From the NCBI GenBank assembly GCA_002633005.1, contig NMRA01000029.1, positions 1,150,086 to 1,214,085 of the forward strand: a stretch of 64,000 bases of DNA, read 5' to 3'. The stretch comes from Phoronis australis (Eukaryota; Animalia; Phoronida). The translations under genes and the position numbers were made by a program. The notes beneath the pieces are model-generated. The model was not told the origin of the DNA. It did no database searches and saw only the letters and a list, made by a program, of their open reading frames with translations. The stretch's first letter is position 1. Every line of letters begins with the position of its first letter. Below, in pieces: positions 1 through 11,507 of this stretch.

Positions 1-3000
1 TAATACCACGGGAAATAACTGGATGAGTTATCACCCGGTCGTTATTTACTGTTGAAAGTTCCATTAAGGGATAAATGATAACATACAACATTAAAAAATA
101 AGCTAAAACAACTCCTTTTGAGCACTAGGAACAAAACTACATGGTCTCGTTTCTTGTGCGTATCAAGATGTGCGAACAGATGGAATGAGCTCTGAATCAG
201 GATACCTCTAAAACCTAAGCATGAAAATGTACCCACGGGTGATATTGGTAAAGTATGAATTTCAAAATAATTTTAAAAACCGATACATATTAGGCCTTGC
301 GCAACACGGCGTCAGCCAACTGTTGCGTTGAATATCAAGAACCTATTGTGCTTCCATGATAGCGTCCGACTTCAGTGGATCTATTCATGTGAAAACGTCC
401 TCTGAGGTTTCAAAATTCTGGGCAGTGCGATCGCCGGCTTTCTGACTATCGGCCTCCAGCCCATACTAGAGACTTCGAAATAGACAACATTCACGAGAAA
501 GTGTTCTTGTAACGCAGCGTTGAACGTTGCCTCCGTTCGCAAAACCGACATTGCTTATCCTTACCCGGAATGTAGGCTACAAACAGTGAAATACTGACTG
601 GAACATCTGAAGTCTTCTGATTTTCTTTGACACAGTGACAGTATTAGAAAGTTATAGATTCATGTACTGTGGTTTCTGATTTTATCTAGCCACATCAATG
701 AACGAATACCATGAAAAATAATTCCCTTATTTTCCCGATAATGAGTGACTGACGTAACTCACTTGAAGGTATTCCAATGACGGAGAACACGATTTACAGA
801 TCACTTCCTGAAACCGCGTTGTGGTGAGCTGGTAGAATTACATAAGAACAAATAGAACAAACTGTGTATTACATAATGCCAGCACTAATCCTGAGATCTG
901 AGTGAACATACTGAAATAACGAGACCAGCCTTCCGGAGACGCGAGGACTTGGCGAAAACGCAAGACCTCGTCAGATTTCGCCATGTAGTACAAGCGAGAC
1001 AGGTGATGACACTAGTTTCCTTCGCAAGATTCTTATTTACATCTAGCTCAATCCGGGACTAAAATTCAGGGAAATTCATAAGATATTGGAGAAGGAAATC
1101 CTTAGTTTTCGCATTTGATGAAGGCAATTGATAACCCGTATAAGGCAGTGTGGTATCCTATCATATTTTGTCCTTCTTGAGGCAGCAACGATGTCGTTTT
1201 CGCCTCTCTCATGTCAACAAACCTACTCATGTTTAGCAGAAACGAAACAGAATTGATCTGAAAGCGGTGAGTGCAATTCAGACATTGATTTTGTCATTAC
1301 AAATATAAAATCCGCTATCAAGATAACACGTTAAATTTGGTTCCGCATACAATAGACCTTTAAGTTTTGCGTGCAGCTGAAAATACATGGGCCCTACACC
1401 AGAACTAAGTCCGGTAGGAAATTTCGTTCTACAGGGCGACGTGTTGGCTAAACCGTGTGGGAATCTATACCCAGTCGCTAGCACATTATACATACCTTCA
1501 CCGTCAAAACAAGAAAACTCTGCGATATTCCAGCAGGCCAGTAAGGTAATTGAATGAAATGTGTACCCCACTGCACCCTTCAGGAAGGATTCCGTGTTTA
1601 CATCAACTCGGCTAAGTCGTTGAATGCCCAAAGAAAGTTCCTTAAAATTATATAACTCGTCGGATCAACAGGGAGGCTCCCATGGTAAATAGGAAATTTG
1701 GACACGCGCTTTTCAAGTATGTTCTTTCCTGCATCATGACAAACGACAACAAGCTACTAGCGACTTAAATGAAGGCAATAAATAAGGTTTTATTTTGAAC
1801 ATTTTTTCTGGCGGTTTATGCTCTAAATGTAAAGGAAATGAAATTCTCTTCGTGTTTCCCAATTTACCTGGGGCTCGAAAGGCACAGGTAAGCCTTGTTA
1901 CGTAATAAATAATTACACAAATGTTACATAACTTCTTACACTTCAGGCAATCTACCGTCACGCAAAGGGCTGTGAATGCCTCCAGGACAACTCGTTTGAA
2001 TACAAGAGGGTAAAGAAAATTATGTGGTCGGACAATAGGCGACACCAACAATGAATAAAGCATATAAATAGTCCCAATGCTCTTTAGAACACAATTCAAC
2101 AAGAACTGGGCTTCAGTTATTAGTCCAGTTGACGAAAGCTCTCTGCATTGACCCACAGCCGCTTTTACTCGTGCCACGTGGGAAAATTCTGCAGTTCCAT
2201 CTTGACACAACAGGGCTAGGCTACTCCACGTACCGCTAAACAGCGCCACATTTCGAGGGGAAATCCTCGAGATAAAATTTACACCCAATCTTTCTTGCCC
2301 AATCTAACTTCAGTATAGGAAAATACGAAAAAGAAAAAAAAAACGCGAACATAAATTTCTATGCTGTAGAAAATCCATTGGTGGGTCGATTTGTGTTGGC
2401 GCCCTGTGCGATAGTACCGCTCGAACATGCGACGGGTGTTTTCGGGTCCAAAAGCAATTTTCTGCAGCGATCTACCCTCCTGAGTGCCCAACAGACATTC
2501 CTCGGTATCCCTGCAGGACAGTAAAGGCAACGCAGCCCGGCTTCAGAATCGGAGTTCATTGGCTTCGTCCGATGCTCAGGGGACCTCTTGAGGCATGACA
2601 CTCAAGCACCCGGGGTCGTTTTACTTTTGAAAGGGAAAGTGGGATAACCAGAGATTCAGCGCAAGGACCAGACCCACCCTTTAAAGGGGAAAACAACCGT
2701 TTGTTGATGTTACCGTGAAAAAAAGAACAGATATTGGTTATGTAGGGAGACATTTTCTCGTGTTAATTAATTCGTTCTCCTTGCGTGAATTTACTATGTA
2801 ACAAAAGAAAGGGACATAAGCAGCCCAGCAAAACGCCTGCATCGTGGTTCTGTGTTCATATTCAGAAAACACGAGCAACAACCGACACACTTTGCTCTAT
2901 CATGATGGCAGTGAATGCAGAGCTAGCATTTTGCTGGGTTGTTTACATCACTTTCTATTGTTGCAAGAATAGTAAAAAACACTCCAGGGGAATGATAATT

Positions 3001-3313
3001 AACTGAAAAGTCTTTCTAACTGATAATAAAGAATCTGTATTTTACTAAGGGTGACAAAAACGGTTGATTCTGTCCCCTTTGAGGTGAGTGGACAACTCAA
3101 AAGTCGCAAAACAGTCATTGTTTTATGACAATAAAATAAAAGACAAAACATTTGAATGCCATCTTTTGTTTTAAATAGTAAATGTTTTCATTTGAAAAAT
3201 ATTGACTTGATGTTGAATTTTTGTTATTATATATGTTGAGTAATAGCACGCGACATCACATTTCACAATGACGTAATGCTAAAAAATAGACAAACTCAAG
3301 TGTCAGGTGTGAC

Positions 3314-3877
3314 CATAGACTGCCAACTCCGTATATTTTCAATGGACGAAATCTGTGATCTTACGCATAAGACGTGACGTCACTATTCAATAGTGACACC
3401 TGGCAAAATTAGCAAGTTTTACTTCCGGCAAGTGCGTCGTCTGCTAATCATGGTCATTTCGTCGAGATTTGGATCGGCGATTTTGCCCAACTCACATCCG
3501 TGTTTAAATAAATTGAACGCTCTTAAAACGTTAACTTTTTAAATAAAGCTGATATTAATACTCCAGAAATAACCATCAGGGCAACTCAAAAACCAATCTC
3601 ACACTTCAACAGCAGTTTAACTTGACGTTTCATTTTAAGCTCGAGTGCACGCCGGTGCCGCTCAAAATTTCTGGACTCTATTGTTGGAAGACCTTGAACA
3701 ACATTTCAATGCCGAAATTACTTTTTTTCGTTGTACTAGACAGTAAAAGAAATGCGAAAATTTTGCGTCACAATACACTAACCGGAAACGAATTGGTAAT
3801 TTCAGTGACGCCTCCTCCAGCGGATAGTACGTCGCAAGAAAATGTCGGAGTTGCGAATCTGTTGTCTATAATCTAAG
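3314..3877 (+). mobile_element. Short non-autonomous P/Galileo-like DNA element (internal-deletion relative of 7727-10043)
   Basis: Ends CATAGACTGCCAACTCCG ... CGGAGTTGCGAATCTGTTGTCTATAATCTAAG. Flanks GTGTGAC (3307-3313) and GTGCGAT (3878-3884) fit a decayed 7-bp TSD. Both subterminal regions align in reverse complement to the two ends of 7727-10043. Confidence 0.75.
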
Positions 3878-3915
3878 GTGCGATTTAATTCGAAAGGCAA
3901 GATTGAATTTATTGG

Positions 3916-4597
3916 AGAAGTTTCGCAAAGCGACGTGAACGTGAATTATCACGCGCGTGCTGATTCACGTTACGGTAACAAAAATGGGTTTCGCAACAGC
4001 TAAATTTTTACGTGAACGTGAAAGTAAACGTGAACTGAATAACTGAGTTCAGGATGTCCAGTTACCGTAGTACATGTACTACGATAACAGGACATCCTGA
4101 TATTATCCGCTACAAATATATACAAGATAGAAATGTATGTTGAATGTGAAAAAAGTCTTTTCTATGAACTCCTGCGAAAATGATCAACTCTTACAATGCG
4201 AAATTTATTTGAAGTTTAAAATAAATAGATGCTAGTAAATTGAGCATGTAAAAAGTTTGTTAACACTAAGTCATATCTGTTAACAATCCATTCTAGTTCG
4301 ATGATCTCCAGCGGACCCCGGCAGAATAAGGATTTTGGGAAAAGACCTTCTTTCAGCTAAACTTTAAGGACAATTGTAGACAAAAGAAGTCGTGTTCATT
4401 TCATACTGAAGCAAAGAAGAAAGATTTAGAACCTATCAAAATAAAAGTCGCTTCAATGTCTTGCCAAACAAGAATTAAAAAAGTGGCCACGGGTTTCGCG
4501 TTTAAAGCGAGGGGAATCTCCTTGTATTCGCGTAAAATACGCAAACAATGACATATATGCGTGATAATTCACGTTTTCGTCGCTTTGCGAAAGCTCT
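3916..4597. mobile_element. MITE with ~38-bp terminal inverted repeats (Harbinger-like, tentative)
   Basis: TTTCGCAAAGCGACGTGAACGTGAATTATCACGC at left and GCGTGATAATTCACGTTTTCGTCGCTTTGCGAAA at right. No clear TSD. Confidence 0.7.
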
Positions 4598-5687
4598 TTA
4601 ATTATAGAAGAAATTCCCCGTTTTCAGTTACTTCAACAGCGTATACATTTTCGCCATTTATAGAAATGAAGCCGGGTAATCGCTCTCTTGAGAAGGCCAA
4701 ATTGTGCTATTTTATATGACGCTATTTATTCTCTAATATCTCAAAAACTAAGTCGGTTACATCCTGATTTTCCCTTTTTTTACAGAAACACCATGGACAT
4801 CAAATAAAGCACAACAGAAAAAGTAACACTCTTACTATTTGCGTTCTAGAAAGTCAAAACGTTAACTTACGCCTAGGTAAGAAAATTAGTAAACCGGAAA
4901 TAGACAAACCCGCTAAAACATAAAAGTGGTGTCCTGTGTGGAAACATACATATGAGCTTGCCAAATTTCTAGTTAAAATTCTCAGACCTATCAATGAGAA
5001 CGACTACACTCTTAAAGATTCGTTTCGCGTTGTTAATGGAGACCGTGCTCTTAATGATGCACCCTTTAACATCTAGATGTTTGTAGTCTTTTCACTAATG
5101 TACTTGTGAATGAGGTCATTAAATTGTATATCGATACTGACAAACTGACTCGTAGCAAACTACGAAAGTTACTCACGATCTCAGTTAACCAAAGACGTTT
5201 CCTGTTTGATGATAACTTTTAAGATCAGGTTGACAGATTGGCCATGGGCTCACCCCTTGGGCCAGTGTTGGCTAATATTTTCATGTGTAATTTAGAGATT
5301 GAGGCTCTGGCTAGTTGTCCACCTGACTGTAAACCACGGTTTATTGTAGGTATGTGGACGATACGTTTGTTGAGTTTTCATCCAATAACTCAGTCGACAC
5401 TTTTCAATTACATGAACAATCCATCCGTCCATCAATTTCACCAGGAATTTGAGCATGAGTAGTGTCTACCTTTACTACATGTCTTGGTTAAACGTGAGGA
5501 TAGCACCTTTGTTACATCTGTCTATCGTAAGCCTAGTTTTTCTTATCTCAAATTTGATAGTTTTGTACCGATCCAATACAAGATAGTTCTAGTCTATTGC
5601 TTGTTACATCGTGCCTGGAGAACTTGTTCTACCTATTTAACTTTTGATAGTGACGTAGCTAGAGTTTTCCAGTTATTGCGTGCCAAT

Positions 5688-6812
5688 GGTTACCTTCTGA
5701 ATTTTTTGGATAGCTGTAAAAGGCACTAACTTTCAAAAATGAATAAGGAAGGTAACGTAGCTGTTATTGCACCCGAGAAAAATGTTTTCTTTTTTCTTGG
5801 TTACGCCTGGCCCAGTAGTCTGAAACGTTAATAATCTCGTCTTGTAGATTGCATAGACCCAGCCATTGAGCTGATAGTGGTTTTCAAACCTCTTTCAAAC
5901 TATCCAACACACTCTGTAAACTGAAGTCACCTATCCCTTTGTTAAATAGCAATGTTGTTTATAGGTAGAATGTGATAATTGTAATGAATTCTTTATCGGC
6001 CTCACACAGAGACGCCTCCGTGACAGATTGAGAGAACATCCGATACTTCAGACAAAAGCAACGTCTATAGGCAATGTGTCAGTAACAATCACCTAGCCAA
6101 TTCTGTCACTGTAATCCGTAAAGAGCCTGTAAAGGAATTACTTTACATTAAAGTCACTGGCCATTCAGGACCAGCATGCTGCTGGTTCTCTGAACAGCAT
6201 GCAAAGCTCAGTGACCCTATGGTGATGACCTGTTTACTATTTCCTGTCANGGTTACCTTCTGAATTTTTTGGATAGCTGTAAAAGGCACTAACTTTCAAA
6301 AATGAATAAGGAAGGTAACGTAGCTGTTATTGCACCCGAGAAAAATGTTTTCTTTTTTCTTGGTTACGCCTGGCCCAGTAGTCTGAAACGTTAATAATCT
6401 CGTCTTGTAGATTGCATAGACCCAGCGGTTGAGCTGATAGTGGTTTTCAAACCTCTTTCAAACTATCCAACACACTCTGTAAACTGAAGTCACCTATCCC
6501 TTTGTTAAATAGCAATGTTGTTTATAGGTAGAATGTGATAATTGTAATGAATTCTTTATCGGCCTCACACAGAGACGCCTCCGTGACAGGTTGAGAGAAC
6601 ATCCGATACTTCAGACAAAAGCAACGTCTATAGGCAATGTGTCAGTAACAATCACCTAGCCAATTCTGTCACTGTAATCCGTAAAGAGCCTGTAAAGGAA
6701 TTACTTTACATTAAAGTTACTGGCCATTCAGGACCAGCATGCTGCTGGTTCTCTGAACAGCATGCAAAGCTCAGTGACCCTATGGTGATGACCTGTTTAC
6801 TATTTCCTGTCA
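5688..6812. repeat. Near-identical direct duplication 5688-6249 / 6251-6812 across a single N (probable contig-overlap artefact)
   Basis: Two ~562-bp copies differing at a few bases, joined by one n at 6250. Confidence 0.8.
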
Positions 6813-6887
6813 TTAATGTTGTACTCATTTCACTTCATGGATGCAACCTGACTCGTATGTCGACACTTGATGTCTGATTGTTTGTAT

Positions 6888-6920
6888 CTTGATGATGTCT
6901 AATGAATAGACGAAACGTCG
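6888..6920 (+). ncRNA. Minimal hammerhead ribozyme motif of the Penelope-like element
   Basis: CTTGATGA-T-GTCTA-ATGAA-TAGAC-GAAAC-GTC: core boxes flanking a perfect 5-bp stem II (6897-6901 / 6907-6911), downstream of the PLE ORF. Confidence 0.65.
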
Positions 6921-8109
6921 AATTAATATGAACCTTTTCATTTGGGCGGCGATTGTCCGTTTTTTGAGTGATAAATGTGCCAAAGGGTAAAACAAAAAAA
7001 TGCAAATTTCATTGAGACCGACCCAACAGTTCACAACCCAACCAATGCCAATAGTCGCCTTGCCACGCAATACAAATCTCAAAATTCCCAACCAATCCAA
7101 CAGTCGCCGCTAATTTGTCGACTGATGTATTCAACCGCGCATGAAAAACTATCTAGTACCACGTTAAATCTCAAATCATACTTGAAAGTAAAAACCTATT
7201 CCTAAAAGACGTTCCTTCAACATGACCCGTTTTCCTAAATAAATATTTTGTAAATTCGTCTTTTTTTGATTGACTGCCTTTGAATGGCGCTGAACAACAT
7301 TTTCAGTATTCATAAAGGTTATGCATTACCCCAGTAAAATATTGGTAAACTTCGGAATATCATTTCTAAGATGGATGGTCGGACTCAAATGAAACTTTCA
7401 GATACTGTACTGTTAGGAATAGTTTTAAAATATTCCACTTTGCATGAGGGGTTATCAAAAATAGGACTTTTATAATTTTTCTGAAAAAAAAACTCAACTG
7501 AAAGTTACATAAAACGTAATATCGTTTTTGCGAATTTATCTCGAACACTGATAGCAAACAAAACTTGTTAATTTTATTTTAACCATCGTCCCACCATGAA
7601 TGAACTTTCCTGTTTGTTAACTTTTATTGAAAAGGCATAGTCAGGTTACACAATTAATGGGAAAATCGTGTAAAAAACTAATCACATTCTACACACCTTC
7701 TACTTTCAGAAAAATTTTCCTTTAACCATAGATTCGTAACTCCGGCATATCCCTACGTGCTGAGCTGAACTCTCCTGACCTTTCTGGTGCAGTTTCCGGT
7801 TAATATATTTTGACGAGAAATACTTGCATCTACTTTACTGTCCAAAACAACGAAAAAAATATTAATTTCGGTATTGAAACGCTTTTCAAAGTCTTTCAAT
7901 AGTAGAAGTGTTGGTATTGTGAGTACTTTTGGCAATGCTACTGGTAATTAATTACAAAATTCAAACTTCGGTGCCGACTGATTATGTCGTCTGCTTGCCC
8001 AATAGCAGCATAGCTATCGGACAGTTTTGGATTCATGGTTCACATAGGCCTACTGACTCGGAGAAAACTACGAAAGCATGTTTATAAATCAACATTCTCA
8101 AGTGAGCAG

Positions 8110-8187
8110 TTCTTCTGGGAAGTGTTGAGTGGCCCTTAAAAGGGCCGTTGGTTGTAGCTATAGCGTGAAATGGTTCTTAAAAGAACG
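8110..8187 (-). promoter_or_regulatory. Two tandem histone-type 3' stem-loops plus putative histone downstream element
   Basis: Minus strand reads CAAC-CGTTCTTTTAAGAACC-ATTTC (8187-8172, basal C-C mismatch), then CAACCAAC-GGCCCTTTTAAGGGCC-ACTCAA (8146-8131, canonical 6-bp stem and 4-nt loop), then purine-rich AGAAGAA (8116-8110). Confidence 0.78.
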
Positions 8188-8197
8188 GTTGAATAAT

Positions 8198-8401
8198 TCA
8201 ACGTAAATCACACAGTATACCATGCTCACTCAAGTACTGAAGGTCCTCTTCATTCAAGTTTTCATCTGGGAAGGTTGGATGAAAACAGAGGAGATGACAA
8301 TATCGATGACAGTTGTAACACCTTATATAAATGTTACCGTTCTGCAACGTTATCACGAACCCTGCCTTTTTCAGTTCTTGTTCCTGGATTCAGAAGTAGC
8401 C
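8198..8401 (-). pseudogene. Decayed PHD-finger terminal exon inside the P-like element
   Basis: After acceptor ttcag: GYF*IQEQELKKAGFVITLQNGNIYIRCYNCHRYCHLLCFHPTFPDENLNEEDLQYLSEHGILCDLR*. The C-x2-C-x4-H-x2-C core is intact. Three outer Cys positions read GGC, TGA and CGT, each one change from TGY. Confidence 0.65.
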
Positions 8402-9698
8402 CTGAACCATAGGGAAAAAAGACATACTACGAAAACGAATCAAATTTTGAAAATCATCGCCTTCGTGTGATTACGTGTTCCTGTCGCCAGACTGTTGTTC
8501 CTCCCCAACATCAATGTCGAAAATCGACGTTACAAGTGATGGAAACTTGTGTCCTTTGTTTCTAACTTTTAACCCATTTTTTAAGAAAAGAATGTACTGA
8601 TTTTGTCTAACGTTAATAGAGCATAACTTTTGGTTTTTACAATGCATTAATTGTGTTGAATGCATTCATATTAGGTGGCTTCATTGAGTTGAACAAAAAA
8701 TAAACTAAATGTAACACAATAAAGTTTTGAAAATAAACAGAACAGTAAAACAGGACTCCCTAAAAATCGAGCTGTTTTCGAAAACTTAGCGCCTTTGGTG
8801 ATCTGATTGGTTCATGCATTTACGGCAGGACAATAATAGACCAAGTATCGTGCACGTGTGCACTGTAGCAACACTTTGTACCTTATTCTTATTTGGCCAA
8901 TCTGTTGATACAGTAAATTTTCTTATCTATGCCCATCCTGATTTGACTGCAACTTGAGCTTGTTGGGTTCTATCATACATTGGGGTTGGCATTGGGACCC
9001 ACATGATGCTTACTCGAATGGGCTTCATTTTACCTAGGACCAATTACTCCCAGATTTTACCAAGTATTTCAAATTGAGGTGAAGTAAATAAACAAAGTGG
9101 GTGATTATCATCACCAGAATTTCATCATTAGTATCTTTTGCCGGGTGCTCAAATTTTCTGAGACTAGGGATTGTCAGATTTGTAAGGTAGAAGTGTTTCG
9201 CTGGATTTCCAGGTCTGTGGCNNNNNNNNNNNNNNNNNNNNNNNNNNNNNNNNNNNNNNNNNNNNNNNNNNNNNNNNNNNNNNNNNNNNNNNNNNNNNNN
9301 NNNNNNNNNNNNNNNNNNNNNNNNNNNNNNNNNNNNNNNNNNNNNNNNNNNNNNNNNNNNNNNNNNNNNNNNNNNNNNNNNNNNNNNNNNNNNNNNNNNN
9401 NNNNNNNNNNNNNNNNNNNNNNNNNNNNNNNNNNNNNNNNNNNNNNNNNNNNNNNNNNNNNNNNNNNNNNNNNNNNNNNNNNNNNNNNNNNNNNNNNNNN
9501 NNNNNNNNNNNNNNNNNNNNNNNNNNNNNNNNNNNNNNNNNNNNNNNNNNNNNNNNNNNNNNNNNNNNNNNNNNNNNNNNNNNNNNNNNNNNNNNNNNTT
9601 AGCGGATAACTTTCGTCAAAAAGTTTACCAGATAGTTTTCATCAAAACGGAGAAAACAAAAATGGATTTGTGAAGACAGGATTAAGTAGTAGAGTCTC

Positions 9699-9893
9699 TT
9701 AAAAACATTCATCTTCGAAGTGCCTTGAACAAATGTATAAAGTCTTATTGCTGAAACAACTGCCATTCACGTTGACACAAGAAGTAAGGTTTTCTTCCCA
9801 CAGCCGATTATGGGGTCTTCGGATGGTATGTTAGCTAACTCCTTTGCATTTCGCGTGTGTGGCCGAACAACCGACCACACAGTAGCCGACCAT
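9699..9893 (-). pseudogene. Decayed THAP zinc-finger domain ORF
   Basis: MVGYCVVGCSATHAKCKGVS*HTIRRPHNRLWEENL...LYICSRHFEDECF*: C-x3-C, conserved W and ICSxHF. In-frame stops. Confidence 0.8.
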
Positions 9894-11398
9894 GATTAGC
9901 AGACGACGTACTTGCCGGAAATTGCACCAGAAAATTTAGCCAGGTGTCGCCAGTGAATAATGACGTAAGGGCTTGTGCGTAAGCTCACAGATTTCGTCCA
10001 TTGAAAGTATACGGAGTTGGCGGTCCATGTACTATAGTCTATGCTTTAACTGAGTAAAAATCTCCAAATTTTGATGATATTTGGGTAAATACAGACTCGT
10101 CGATAAGGTCCTACACGCGGTAACGTTAAAAAGTTGATCATGAAAAGCGCAAACGCGTACATATTTTTGACATTTTTTATTTTCAGTTAGTGCCATCTAT
10201 CGGTGTTATTCTTTGGTAGATTGCAATTTTCCCGCGTTTCTGTAAGATAAGTGGCAAAACATCGTCAGCGTCAGCGCAGTCTTGCATAGAAAATGTGTGT
10301 TCAGCCATGTGTGGCTTGTGTTACGTAAATTTGTTATTCGATGGTTCCTGGTTCCGAATGAGAGAAGTTGCGATCCTGATTTGTAAATGATCTGTCTCAG
10401 GTGTCTAGCAGTGTGCCCCAGTGGGTCTCCAACGGCCTTCAGTAAAGAAAGCGGACACTTACATGTATCCCACAAGGCCACATTGACTCCTGTAGCTTAG
10501 AATAGAGTAGATAGAAAGATTGCATTCTGTGCATGCATGACGTTACTGTTTCCGCAGTTCATAAGATCAGGAAGGCGTGAAACCGGCGTGCAAGAAGGCA
10601 CGACGCGTGGTTGGGTTTCTATGGAAACATCAAAATCGATTTCAGTTACTGAAGCAACAAATATCATTTTATTGCATAAACACCTAATTATCGCTTCACA
10701 ACCAGATGGCGAATGGCCTTGATTAGTGGCCTGAGATCAGTTCAACACAATTTAACGCTATACATCAACAATCTAACAATTACAAGGAGGGCAAAAGTTC
10801 ACAATAACATGTGCAGTTTTCATAAACATTTATTGTGTTACATCGTTAAGGTAATTTAGTGGTGCTGTTCTCTGATTGGTAAATTCAACATGGCTGCAAC
10901 CTCGACTGCCAGTGTCCGAGTCCTTAAGAGGTACCGGTGACGTCACGCCGGCGCCGGCGTCCAATGTTACTGATGATGTGTGTCAAGGTATTATAGTGAT
11001 TGTTGATCGCCCAGCGAGTGACTGCAACAAAAATAGCCATACTGAAGTCGACAGTTAGTGAGGTATGCATTCAATCACAATTCACTGGTCATCACCGATA
11101 AATCACATTCAGCTGATAGCAATGTTAAGTATTAAAACCTCACGCACTCCTAACTATGTCAAGCCGAAATTTCTTCAAAATTTGATGACTGAAGCAAGTT
11201 AGCGGTGGTGAATATTTGGTATAAAACAATCAATGAGTTCTGTTCGGTCCATGATTTTATCATATTTAATTAACTCGCCGTATTAAAAACCGTCACAAAC
11301 TTAGATAAGAAATTAATGGTTTTTCAAAGATGGTGCTACATATGGGCTAACCATTGTAAAGAGAATACTGATAGAACCTGATCTCAACTGAATCAGAA

Positions 11399-11507
11399 CA
11401 GGCCCGTAGGAAGGCAAAAAATATCGTGGGGCGGCACAAACCAATTCAACTTCGCTGAACTACCCCCCTTTCTATCGCTACCATTTGCCCCCCCCCCGTC
11501 CTACGGA
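11399..11507. mobile_element. Short MITE-like repeat
   Basis: CCGTAGGA ... TCCTACGG inverted ends with subterminal G/C runs. Confidence 0.4.

Larger units (their letters stand above)
4930..6925 (+). mobile_element. Decayed Penelope-like retroelement (RT + GIY-YIG endonuclease)
   Basis: Frameshifted translations TYELAKFLVKILRP..KDSF, AMGSPLGPVLANIFM, YVDD, FVTSVYRKP, LLHRAWRTCS, and GIY-YIG-like ECDNCNEFFIGLTQRRLRDRLREH. Hammerhead motif at the 3' end. Confidence 0.88.
7727..10043 (-). mobile_element. P/Galileo-like DNA transposon (non-autonomous) carrying a decayed THAP...PHD gene
   Basis: Termini CATAGATTCGTAACTCCG and CGGAGTTGGCGGTCCATGTACTATAGTCTATG. Perfect 7-bp TSD CTTTAAC (7720-7726, 10044-10050). 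N-terminal THAP ORF. Contains an N-gap at 9222-9598. Confidence 0.82.

Noticed and set aside
350-2620. Possible plus-strand exon remnants and minus-strand ORFs 1278-1631 and 1734-2288
   Set aside because: No recognisable domain and no consistent set of phase-compatible exons could be built.
8390-8392. In-frame TGA at a PHD Cys position read as selenocysteine
   Set aside because: Other ligands and the THAP ORF are also mutated and I see no SECIS, so simple decay is more likely.
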